From an uncultured Acidobacteriota bacterium (GTDB lineage Bacteria; Acidobacteriota; Thermoanaerobaculia; Multivoradales; JAHEKO01), in NCBI GenBank assembly GCA_963713825.1, contig CAVQNG010000003.1, forward strand, positions 32,001 to 96,000: 64,000 nt of DNA. Reading direction: 5' to 3'. Under the pieces are notes generated by a model, which searched no databases, was not told where the DNA came from, and was given only the letters and a program-made list of their open reading frames with translations. A program made the translations under genes and the position numbers. Below, in pieces: positions 54,120-63,075 of the stretch (positions are counted from its first letter, which is position 1; every line of letters starts with the position of its first letter).

Positions 54120-56734
54120 CTTTCACCCAACGCCAAAAGATTCATGAACAGCCTAAAAGCCCCTGGCACCCCGGCGGGCAGCTCACGGAAGAAGGACAGC
54201 CCGGTGTAGACGTAGGTGCCTTCGCCGACCGATGCCACCAACAGCGAGCCGAGCTCTTCGGGTCGGCCTTCATCCTGCAGTGCCAGAAGAGGCAGGTAGG
54301 ACTCGTCCCATTCGGAAGGAAAATAGAGCCCACGCTCCTGGACCCAACCCTCCCAGTCAGCCGACGCAATTCGATTCGGATGCACGAAAACGGGGTGGTC
54401 GGGCTCCAGCACACGGACAGGCGAGGACTCGTCCGTCACTCGGCCGTGGGGCCTCTCGATCACCAGGGGAAGTGGTGCGTAGCCTCCCCTGACGAACTGA
54501 TACTGCTGGTACTGGACGATCAGGGTGCCACCCTTTTCCACGTACTCCAGGAGCCGCGGGTTGGCCCGCATCAGGGCCGGATCGGTCTCGTACGCCCGGC
54601 TACCGATAACGATCGCTGCATAGACATCCAGGTCGCCATTCTCGAGCTCTGCAGGTCCTAGCAGCTCTAGCGGGACACCCACCTCCAGAAGCAGCTCGGG
54701 TACCCGATCGGAAGCTCCGCGGACGTATCCGACCCGGTTGAGACGCGGCAACTGGAGATTCAGGGTCCGCACCTCAGTAGCAGCCCGCTTCTCCATCATG
54801 GCCGGGCGAATGTGCGAGTAGTCCAGGACAGCATAGGAAGCCGCAAGACGCTCACCGTTGTCGAGCACCACGGACACCGAAACCAAGTCCGTCCCCGGCT
54901 CGAGTCCCTCCTGGGCGACCAAAGGTAGCTCGAGGACCATCGAGCCCCTGGGTTGGTCGATGGAGAAGTTCTGGGGATCGACAGGCAACCACCCACCTGG
55001 CAGTTGGGATTCCAATCGACCTCGCAGCGGCTCCTCTGAGTTCGAGCTCAGCAACACCTCCAAGGAGCGGGACCTGGGCGATCCGAGCGGCTCGAGGATC
55101 AATGAAGGCTTCAAGCCGACTTCCAAGATCGGCACCGTTCGTACAGGGCGGCGCACCTCTCCGATCGCTTGGTCCCCATATCGATGCACGACCTCACGCT
55201 CGATACGGATGGCGGCGCCAGCCAGGTCCAGCTCGAGATGCGCCGTCAGCGGTGGAGGCTGGAAAGGCAGCCCCCGGATTTCAGGCGGAGCCTGGCTCCA
55301 ATCATAGAGGTCTCCAACAAGTGGGCGCTGCAGAAAGTATGGCTTCGTAACCGCTTCCTCGGCGGGAACACGGACCTGAAAGCGCCAACGGTCGAGCGAT
55401 TCCAGAACCGACTCGTCAGTCAACTCGACGGGCTCGATCAACCAGCCCTCCGTTGTCTGTAGGCTCACCCCTCGGACCTCCAGGGTCTGACTCCCCCCGT
55501 TCCAAAGCTCGACGGTCGCCTCGAAGTCGGTGCCCAGGGTCACGGCCTCCCGGTCGGCCACCGCATCGACCGCTACACCGGCAGCCGCGGTGAGGCCAGC
55601 CACTGCCACCGCCAGCTTCTCTTCTACAAGACTGGCCACAGCAGTAGAAGCCGGTGTCGGCTGCTCACCCAGAGTCTCGGCCAGTCCCTCAAGCGTTCGC
55701 ACGATCTCCGCCAGGGCCGGCACCGTGCGCTCGAGATCGCTGGGCAGTAGAGAATGTCGCGCTTTTCTCGCCAGGCCCTCCACCAGATCCAGCTCTCCTT
55801 CGACGAGGCGCCGCAGGTCACCGTTCGGCAGGCCCGAGGCCATGGCGGAGAGCCTGGTGTCGATACCGTCGAAGATCGACGACGCCTCCTGCTGGCCCTC
55901 TCCCGCGATCCACACCATGCCGCCGCGATACGAGCCCAACTGCTGCACGCGACCCATGTCCTGAGATCGATGCATCGAGCGACTGGCAGAGGCGATCTGA
56001 ATCACCGACAGGCCCGAGAGAGAGTCGATCTTGCCAAAGTCTGTCTCGAAGAGGGGCTCTCCTCTGCCCCGCCAGAGGCGACGGTAAGCCGCCTGGGGCT
56101 GCCAGGGCCCCAGTCCTTCTGCTGTGAGGGCTGGAAAGCGGTCGGGATCCCCGGCCAGACCCAAGATCTCCGCCGCGATGACACCGGCCATCTGATGCTG
56201 TCCATGACCCGCAGTCGAGTCACCAGGGAAAACTGTCACGATGACCTGCGGTTTGAATCGACGAACTGCTCGAACTGCGTCCTCTTCGAGGATCTCGCGG
56301 GGCCATCGATCGAAGGTCTCCTCCAGGGAGCGGGTGTAGCCGAAATCGTAGGCACGGGTGAAGAACTGCCAGGTACCCTCGAAACTCCGTGCGGCCAGCA
56401 GCTCTCCCGTACGGATCAGTCCCAATCCGACTCCCAGCTCGGGTCCGACCAGATTTTGTCCGCCTTCGCCTCGCGACAGCGAGAGATAGGCCGCTTCCCC
56501 GCCCATTCCCCGACTCACCAGAGAAAGAACCGTGGTGTCCTCGTCGTCGGGATGCGCGCCGACAACCAGCACTCTGCGATGGGTCGACAGCTTGGCAAGC
56601 GCACGATCGACAGTCTCGACACCACCTGTAGAAGCCGGCTCCAGTACGGATGGGACAGGGAGGGCTGGCCGCCAAGCCGAACAGACGACCGCCACCAAGA
56701 CGGCAAGCGCCGCACCGCTAATGTTTCGAAGCAT
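54116..56734 (-). CDS. Secreted PIG-L/LmbE-family deacetylase with NEW3/Ig-like and C-terminal GATase-like domains
   Basis: AHPDDED, RGEGGQN, DFGY, HGQH and RSMHRSQ motifs; C-terminal GWVQERG...FFRELPAGVPGA. Start at ATG 56734. Confidence 0.88.
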   Translation of the reverse strand: MLRNISGAALAVLVAVVCSAWRPALPVPSVLEPASTGGVETVDRALAKLSTHRRVLVVGAHPDDEDTTVLSLVSRGMGGEAAYLSLSRGEGGQNLVGPELGVGLGLIRTGELLAARSFEGTWQFFTRAYDFGYTRSLEETFDRWPREILEEDAVRAVRRFKPQVIVTVFPGDSTAGHGQHQMAGVIAAEILGLAGDPDRFPALTAEGLGPWQPQAAYRRLWRGRGEPLFETDFGKIDSLSGLSVIQIASASRSMHRSQDMGRVQQLGSYRGGMVWIAGEGQQEASSIFDGIDTRLSAMASGLPNGDLRRLVEGELDLVEGLARKARHSLLPSDLERTVPALAEIVRTLEGLAETLGEQPTPASTAVASLVEEKLAVAVAGLTAAAGVAVDAVADREAVTLGTDFEATVELWNGGSQTLEVRGVSLQTTEGWLIEPVELTDESVLESLDRWRFQVRVPAEEAVTKPYFLQRPLVGDLYDWSQAPPEIRGLPFQPPPLTAHLELDLAGAAIRIEREVVHRYGDQAIGEVRRPVRTVPILEVGLKPSLILEPLGSPRSRSLEVLLSSNSEEPLRGRLESQLPGGWLPVDPQNFSIDQPRGSMVLELPLVAQEGLEPGTDLVSVSVVLDNGERLAASYAVLDYSHIRPAMMEKRAATEVRTLNLQLPRLNRVGYVRGASDRVPELLLEVGVPLELLGPAELENGDLDVYAAIVIGSRAYETDPALMRANPRLLEYVEKGGTLIVQYQQYQFVRGGYAPLPLVIERPHGRVTDESSPVRVLEPDHPVFVHPNRIASADWEGWVQERGLYFPSEWDESYLPLLALQDEGRPEELGSLLVASVGEGTYVYTGLSFFRELPAGVPGAFRLFMNLLALGER

Positions 56735-56822
56735 GACGCGGGATTCTATCCCGTCACGAGCCACCAGCCTCCGCTGCCTCGAGGCACCCATGGATTGAGC
56801 GAAAGGCAGGACCTCGCCAAAC

Positions 56823-58157
56823 TCAGGTCCGCTCTAGGGCCAGCAGCGTGGACAAATCGAGTTCGATCTGCCTTTGAGGGGTCAGGAAGGCGAGCTCTTC
56901 GTAGAACTGCGCTCGGTCGACGATCTCGCCCAGAAGCGGCCCGGCGAGAAGCAGTGCCATGGAATCGCTGCCCGTCATCCACACAACCAATGGCGCTACG
57001 AGTCCGAGGCCGACTCTCGAAGTCGACAGAGCTCTCTTGCCCGATTCCAGATTGCCAGGCCGCGAGAGATAGAGGACCAATTTCACGACGGCTGCCGGCA
57101 GTGCGACCCACGGGCTGCGGACCAGCAGCCCGACGAAAAAGGCGGCGGTCAGCGTCGTCATCGCGCTGTGGGGAACGGTAGGCACCCTCAAGCCCGGTAT
57201 CCGGTAGACCATATCCATGGACAGCAGGGTGGCAAATCCCAGACCAACCGTAGCCAGTGCAAGAGCCGCTGGTCGGTTGCCAGAGATCCCGCTGAGTCCG
57301 ATCGCTCCCAGGAAGGCGGAATAGAAAGCCACCTCCCGACTGACCCACGAGGTACGGATGTTCAGGACCGCTCGCCACGCCCGGGCCGGCTTGCCGAGGT
57401 GAGCGGTGCTGACCATCATCCCCAGAAGCCCAACGGCCAGGCTCGCTGGCCAGAAGAGGTGGTCGCCCTGGATCAGCTGTGCGGTCACGAAGGCCACCAA
57501 CCCGGTGGCGAGAAGTGTGAACACCAACAGTGGCCACTCGGATCGCAGCTTGCTCTCCCCATTCCTGGTCGAGACCTCTGCCACGTTTGGAACAGGGGGC
57601 GCAGATGCTGTCATCTGTGGTGCCGAAGCCAGCCTTCTCCTTGACTTGAGACGGATCGCCGGTTGGAGACCCACATCAGGGAACCCCGGCGGGCTCGTAC
57701 CGTCAGGTGTGCCTCGCTCGACGAACCCCAAGGCATCGACCGGACAAGATTCGACACAGGCCGGTTTCAGACCCTGGTCGAGGCGATGCGAACAGAAGGT
57801 GCATTTCTCCACGATTCCCACTGCCGAGTTGAACTGCGGAGCACCATAAGGGCAGACCCAAGTGCAGTACTGGCAACCGATACAGCTCTCACCGTCGAGC
57901 AGTACGGCACCGGTTGACGGATCCTTGCTGTAAGCGTTTGCTGGACATCCGTAGAGACAGGCTGGCTCGAGACAATGATTGCAGGCCAGGGAATAGTGAA
58001 AGACAGCGCTGTCGGGAAGGTTCTGTTCGTTGAACGTATGGATGCGGCGCCAGTCGATCTGCGCGTCGACGAGGTTCTCGGTCCGACAGGCAATGGCACA
58101 GGCTGAGCAGCCAGTGCAGCGATCCAGATCGAGCGTGAAGAGGGCCTGCTGCCTCAA
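56823..58157 (-). CDS. Fused four-cluster Fe-S subunit and DmsC-type membrane anchor (DmsB-DmsC)
   Basis: CTGCSACAIAC, CNHCLEPAC, CIGCQYCTWVCP and KCTFC...PACVESCP; then EWPLLVFT and HLGKPARAWRA...SWVSRE. TTG 58157 has a GGAGG SD and TTGA overlap. Confidence 0.88.
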   Translation of the reverse strand: MRQQALFTLDLDRCTGCSACAIACRTENLVDAQIDWRRIHTFNEQNLPDSAVFHYSLACNHCLEPACLYGCPANAYSKDPSTGAVLLDGESCIGCQYCTWVCPYGAPQFNSAVGIVEKCTFCSHRLDQGLKPACVESCPVDALGFVERGTPDGTSPPGFPDVGLQPAIRLKSRRRLASAPQMTASAPPVPNVAEVSTRNGESKLRSEWPLLVFTLLATGLVAFVTAQLIQGDHLFWPASLAVGLLGMMVSTAHLGKPARAWRAVLNIRTSWVSREVAFYSAFLGAIGLSGISGNRPAALALATVGLGFATLLSMDMVYRIPGLRVPTVPHSAMTTLTAAFFVGLLVRSPWVALPAAVVKLVLYLSRPGNLESGKRALSTSRVGLGLVAPLVVWMTGSDSMALLLAGPLLGEIVDRAQFYEELAFLTPQRQIELDLSTLLALERT

Positions 58158-60205
58158 ACGACCTCCACCTCGACGGCGTTGTCGTGGTACGCCGCACCGT
58201 GTGCCATGTCGGTCTCGCGGGCCGCAGACAATTGGTTGATGCCCCCTCCTTCTGACATCCACCAGCCGTTCGTCACCGAGACACAGCCCGGTTTTAGACC
58301 ATAGTCGAGCTTCGCTTCGAGCTCCACCTCGCCGCGCTCGTTGAACACCCTGACCAGCGATCCGTCGGCGACACCTCGCGCCCGAGCGTCGGCAGGATGC
58401 ATGTGGACCAGAGTCTGCGGGTTCAATCTCCGTATGGAGGGCAGGTTGTTGAACTGCGAGTGAATCCGATCTTTGGTGTTGGGGGTCAGCAGGTGTAGGG
58501 GAAATCGTTCTCCTCCCGGGTTGTTGGCTCCCGGCATCTCCTCCGGAGGCGAGAAGCTCGGCACCTGGTCGAGCCCCCATCGTTGCTCCGCCTCTTCCGA
58601 AACCAGCTCGACCTTCCCCGATGGCGTCGGGAACTCGAGATCGGACCACGCGACCGGCTCGCTTCCAGGCGCCAGCACCGGCCCCTGCCTCAGTCGCTCG
58701 AGGGTGAGCTCCGGAAATGGCTCGAGCCGCTTCTTCAGATAGGCCTCGACCGCCGCGCCTCCAGGCTCCGGGATCGACCTCCTCAGCCCCTCTTCGTCCA
58801 ATCCCAGAGCTTGGCCCAGGTGGTAGTAGATCTCCGACTCGGGCTTGACCTCGCCCGGCGGCTCGATGAGCTTGTCCTTGATCTGAATGTAGGAATGCCA
58901 GTAGGCCCCGATCACATCGGTCTGCTCAAAGAAGGTCTTGGCGGGAAGAACGAGATCTGCCTCCAACGCCGTGTCGGTGAGAAATTGATCCACGACAACG
59001 CGAAATTCGAGGGCCCGCAAGGCCTCGAGGACGCGGTGCGTGTCCGGATTCTGCGTCACCGGGTTTCCCCGCTCGATCCAGGCGGCCTTCAAGGGGGGAT
59101 TTCGCTGCTCGAGCATGTGCCGCCCCAGCAGGGCCGTGGAGACCGAGACGCGGATCGGGCCTGACCTGTCCTCCGGTGGAAACAGGGCCAGGGGGTCCTT
59201 TATCGGGTGAAAGACATGGCTTTGCAGGTTGGCATAGACCCAGCCTGCCCCCGGCTTGCCCAAGTTGCCCGTGATCGCCAGCAGAGCAATGAGAGCCCTC
59301 ATTGCCTGCCCGCTGTTGGTGTAGCGCTGCATCCCGAACCCCGCGCACAGAGTCACCGGAGAGCAGCTTCCAATCGCCTCCGCCAGGCGATGTAGGACAG
59401 CCTCTGGCACGTCGGTTAGAGTCGCTACTCGCGGTGGTGAATACTCCTGCACCATCCGGGCGAACTCTTCAAAGCCAAGCACGTGACGTGCGATGAAGTC
59501 GCGGTCGATGGCCCCTTCTGCGATCAGCAGGTGTGCAATACCCAGAGCCAGAGCACCATCGGTACCTGGCTTGACCTGGACGAGCAGCTCGGCCCCTTCG
59601 GCCGTCTGCGTCCGCCTGGGGTCGATGACGATCAGTCGGCCGCCCCGATCGAGGGCCTGCTCGACGAATCGCATCTGGTGGATGTTGGTCTCGGCCGGAT
59701 TCTTGCCCCAGAAGAAGATCAACTTGGCCTTCGCCAGATCCTCAGGCGCGTTGTGCCGATTGTCGCCCAGCGTCAGCCGAGTCGCCTCGAGCCCGGCCGG
59801 CCAGCAGAGGTCACCATACGTCGTGGTGCAACCCCCGAACAGACGCCAGAAGTCAAGAGCCACATCGTTCATCAAACCCTTGGTTCCACTGCCGGCGTAG
59901 AAAAGGACACTCTGCGGCCCATACCGATCCCGGATCTCTCCAAGACGCTCGGCCATGACACTCAGGGCCTGGTCCCAAGAGATGCGCTCGAAGCTGCCGT
60001 TTGTGACGCGTCGCAACGGATAGAGGACTCGATCGGCGGAGTAAACCCGCTCGATATAGCTCTGGCCCTTGAGGCAGAGGCCCTCCGAAGTGGCCCTGTT
60101 CTCAGAATGGGATTCGAGGAGGCGCAGCCTGCCCTCTTCGACGGTCACCCGCATCCCGCAGGTGCTGTAACAGTTTCGTGGACAGGCGGTCGTATGGACG
60201 CTCAT
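58154..60205 (-). CDS. Molybdopterin (bis-MGD) oxidoreductase catalytic subunit, DMSO-reductase superfamily
   Basis: CPRNCYSTC...LCLKG FS0 motif, WGKNPA, PGTDGALA, DQFLTDTA..ADLVLPA and HSQF motifs. No Tat signal. Confidence 0.92.
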   Translation of the reverse strand: MSVHTTACPRNCYSTCGMRVTVEEGRLRLLESHSENRATSEGLCLKGQSYIERVYSADRVLYPLRRVTNGSFERISWDQALSVMAERLGEIRDRYGPQSVLFYAGSGTKGLMNDVALDFWRLFGGCTTTYGDLCWPAGLEATRLTLGDNRHNAPEDLAKAKLIFFWGKNPAETNIHQMRFVEQALDRGGRLIVIDPRRTQTAEGAELLVQVKPGTDGALALGIAHLLIAEGAIDRDFIARHVLGFEEFARMVQEYSPPRVATLTDVPEAVLHRLAEAIGSCSPVTLCAGFGMQRYTNSGQAMRALIALLAITGNLGKPGAGWVYANLQSHVFHPIKDPLALFPPEDRSGPIRVSVSTALLGRHMLEQRNPPLKAAWIERGNPVTQNPDTHRVLEALRALEFRVVVDQFLTDTALEADLVLPAKTFFEQTDVIGAYWHSYIQIKDKLIEPPGEVKPESEIYYHLGQALGLDEEGLRRSIPEPGGAAVEAYLKKRLEPFPELTLERLRQGPVLAPGSEPVAWSDLEFPTPSGKVELVSEEAEQRWGLDQVPSFSPPEEMPGANNPGGERFPLHLLTPNTKDRIHSQFNNLPSIRRLNPQTLVHMHPADARARGVADGSLVRVFNERGEVELEAKLDYGLKPGCVSVTNGWWMSEGGGINQLSAARETDMAHGAAYHDNAVEVEVV

Positions 60206-60265
60206 GAATCGCCTGCCGAGCCTATATCACCCGCGCAGCGACGAGGCTCTTCTCCGAACCTCTCT

Positions 60266-60503
60266 CATGGGTGCGAATCCCGTACGCGCTACCAGCTTAT
60301 CCCCAGCCCAGCCACCCGTGTCGCTAGCAGCTTGTCCGGGATCCGTACACTGCATCCCCTCGCCTGCCCCTCCGTGTTCGAATCCCGTACGCGCTACCAA
60401 CTCTCCCCCAGCCCAGCCACCCGCTTCGTTAGCAGCTTGTCCGGGCTTCGTACGCTTGCCCCCAGGCCCCCGCCTCCGCGTTCGAATCCCGTACGCGCTA
60501 CCA
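60266..60503 (+). repeat. Three direct repeats of a tRNA-Glu-like 3' end (CGAATCCCGTACGCGCTACCA), period 104-105 bp
   Basis: Copies end at 60294, 60399 and 60503. The intervening segments are homologous to each other. Confidence 0.85.
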
Positions 60504-60690
60504 TTCTTTGCAGCATCCAAGCGACCGGCCAGACGGTTGGCCGCATTGATTCTTCATGGCGGGACTCGGTCCCCCTTTGTCACCGGCAGGCTCGAGTTCT
60601 TCGCCTGCTGCTGGGTACCGACTCTCAGGTTCTGGTCCGCCCGCCCGTTAGGGTGGCGCGTTTTCGCGCCCGCAGGCGTAGCCTGAGAAA

Positions 60691-60815
60691 GCCTCGAAAA
60701 AGGCACGCCCGGGGAAACCCAAGGCCGCAATGCCACGGGTCCTCTCTTCCTGCGAGACGGTGAGGTTCTATTGTCCGCCGCGCAGGATCCCAAGACCGCT
60801 GGGCTGCCGAAGGGC
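60691..60815 (+). promoter_or_regulatory. c-di-GMP-I (GEMM-I)-like riboswitch
   Basis: CGAAAAAGGCACGCC-CGGG-GAAA-CCC-AAGGCCGC-AAT-GCCACGGGTC...GACCGCTGGGCTGCCGAA follows the GEMM P1/P2 (GNRA loop)/P3 layout. Lies about 23 nt before the next start codon. Confidence 0.72.
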
Positions 60816-60838
60816 ATCGGGAGTTCTAGGGAGGAACA

Positions 60839-61729
60839 GTGTTTACCATCACCATAGACCGTAGCCGATGCAAGAAGGATGGTATGTGCGCCACCGTGTG
60901 CCCTGAGGGCATATTCGTCCAAAGGGAAAAGCGGACAATACCTGAAGTGACGGATGAAGAAGGCTGCATTGCTTGCGGTCACTGCGTGGCCATTTGCCCT
61001 CAAGATGCAATTAGCCATTCCGAGGTCCTATCAACCGACATTCGGACGATTCAGGTTGAGGAGATGCCCACAACAGAACAGCTGCTTTCGTTGCTCAAGA
61101 CCCGGCGCTCCATCCGGACTTTTCGAGACAAGCCGCTGGCGAGAGAGACCATCGAGAGAATCATCGACGGGGCACGCTTTGCTCCCAGCGGTCACAACTC
61201 GCAGAGTACGCAGTACCTCGTTGTTCAGGACAGAGCTGTGCTGAACCAGGTCTCTTCAATGGTCATCGAGTACCTGAGGTTCGAGACCAGACGCTTTGCC
61301 AACCCACTATTCAGAACACTCGCGGTGCTGGCAGACCGAGAATTGGCTGAGAGCGGACTGCGCGAAATTCCCAAATTCAAGCGGGTGACACATTTGTTCG
61401 AATCCGGCGCCGATCCGATCCTCTACGGTGCGCCAGTGTTACTGGCTTTTCATGCTCGGCGGAGCGTTGGGTACGCAGATGTCAATGCACAATTGGCGTT
61501 GCAGAATGCCTCCCTTGTCGCCCACTCCTTGGGCATAGGGCACTTCTACGCCGGTTGGGTTGTTTCTCCTTGTCGAGCGCCCATGGCGGGGAAATGGAAC
61601 CGGCGCATTCCGAGCTTGATCGGCATTCCACCTGGGAACGAGCTGCATGGGGCTTTGGCGCTTGGGTATCCAATCCCCAGGTTCAGGAAGATGATCGAGA
61701 GGAAGCCCCCACAAATCAGCTGGGCATAG
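60839..61729 (+). CDS. Nitroreductase-family protein with N-terminal 2x[4Fe-4S] ferredoxin domain
   Basis: CKKDGMCATVCP and CIACGHCVAICP; RRSIRTF, APSGHNSQ and ALALGYP motifs. GGGAGG SD. Confidence 0.92.
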   Translation: MFTITIDRSRCKKDGMCATVCPEGIFVQREKRTIPEVTDEEGCIACGHCVAICPQDAISHSEVLSTDIRTIQVEEMPTTEQLLSLLKTRRSIRTFRDKPLARETIERIIDGARFAPSGHNSQSTQYLVVQDRAVLNQVSSMVIEYLRFETRRFANPLFRTLAVLADRELAESGLREIPKFKRVTHLFESGADPILYGAPVLLAFHARRSVGYADVNAQLALQNASLVAHSLGIGHFYAGWVVSPCRAPMAGKWNRRIPSLIGIPPGNELHGALALGYPIPRFRKMIERKPPQISWA

Positions 61730-62057
61730 AACCGAAACTGTAGCCCAGGCAAGATCTCGAACGAGGAATACCGGGGTTCTCGGCGGGCCCTTCTCGGATC
61801 TTTGTTGCCTCGACGTGAATCTGACCTGAATATTGCACTGACGTGCTCCCCAGTTCTATACCAGGGGGAATGTCAGACTCCCGGTTCATGGTCGTCCCTG
61901 GCTCCCCTCTTGGGTGGGTAGGGAACAGGGTGGGGCGGAAGGCGACGCAGTCGGTTGGAGCCCCGCCCCTCGAGCAAGGACCCTCGGAGGCAGCCCGCCC
62001 AGCGAGCCGTGCGGCCGACGGCGAGCAGGTGTTCATGTGGCAGATGCCGGTCCCTCC

Positions 62058-62981
62058 TCAGCGCGAGAGAAAGGGCTCGATGGCGGCGACGAAGGCGGCC
62101 GGCGTTTCCTCCATCGGCGTATGACCGCATTTGGGAATGGCGACGAATGTGCCATCCGGAATGGCCTCGGCGAAGCGTTGGCCGGATTCCGCAGGCAGGA
62201 GTGGGTCTTCGGACCCCCACAGCACCAGAGTGGGCATCTCGAGGGCGTCGATATCGATCGAGCCTTGTGGACGTGAAGACTCCGCCGTCAGGCCACGGAA
62301 GGCTCGGTTGACGCCTTCGACCCTGAGTCGCTCTCGATACTCCTCGACCAGTGCCTCATCGACCTTACCCGGATCGTAGTACGAGGATTCCAGCGCATTC
62401 CTGAGGAAGCTGGGTCGTAGCATCCAACGCACGGCTATCGGTGTCAACGGCCCTGCACTCCGCAGGCGCCGGCCGGAATCGAACTCGGTGCCTGGAAAAG
62501 TGCTTCCAACCAAGACGAGCGAGCGGACTCGCTCCGGATGCCGGCTCGCCAGCCAGAGGGCCACGCCGCCCCCATACGAGTGGCCCACCACGTGGGCTCG
62601 CTCGATCTCCAGAGCGTCGAGCACCCCTAGCACGGTTTCGACCTGGTTCTCGAACGAGTAGGCCTGATACTCGTGAGGCCGCTCCGACCAGCCAAACCCT
62701 CGCAGGTCTGGGGCGACGAGCTGGTGTCGGTCGCCCAGCTCATCCGCCACTCGGACCCAGTTGTGGCTCGAGCCCCCGAAGCCGTGGATCAGAAGCACCG
62801 GGTCGCCGGCGCCCCACTGCTCGACGTAGACCTGCGAACCGTCGACCGTCACAAACCGATCGTCGGGTATTTGGGTACGGATCTCGGCGTAGGGCTGAAG
62901 AGGTGTGCAACTGACGGCCAGGACGGTCGTTCCAAAGACGATGATCGTTCTCAGGGTAACGAGCACGCTCTCGATAGGCAT
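62058..62981 (-). CDS. Alpha/beta-fold hydrolase (probable lipoprotein)
   Basis: HGFGG, DLRGFG, GHSYGG nucleophile elbow, WGSED and CGH motifs; LAVSC lipobox. Start at ATG 62981. Confidence 0.9.
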   Translation of the reverse strand: MPIESVLVTLRTIIVFGTTVLAVSCTPLQPYAEIRTQIPDDRFVTVDGSQVYVEQWGAGDPVLLIHGFGGSSHNWVRVADELGDRHQLVAPDLRGFGWSERPHEYQAYSFENQVETVLGVLDALEIERAHVVGHSYGGGVALWLASRHPERVRSLVLVGSTFPGTEFDSGRRLRSAGPLTPIAVRWMLRPSFLRNALESSYYDPGKVDEALVEEYRERLRVEGVNRAFRGLTAESSRPQGSIDIDALEMPTLVLWGSEDPLLPAESGQRFAEAIPDGTFVAIPKCGHTPMEETPAAFVAAIEPFLSR

Positions 62982-63075
62982 CAGCGGTCCTCTTCCCCGT
63001 CTGATTCGTAGCCCGCGCATCTGCGGTTTCCAATCGCCCGCATGGGCTCGCCTGCAGAGTTCGACCGGCGACCGA

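Noticed and set aside
60206-60294. Possible intact tRNA-Glu gene
   Set aside because: No 5' acceptor strand, D-arm or anticodon arm upstream of the first core.
60266-60503. Possible CRISPR array (21-24 bp repeats, three copies)
   Set aside because: Spacers are about 80 bp and homologous to each other, the repeat is a tRNA 3' end, and no cas genes are present.
61716-62036. 106-aa minus-strand ORF between the nitroreductase and hydrolase genes
   Set aside because: No motifs, it spans a compositional junction and overlaps the nitroreductase end. At most a gene remnant.
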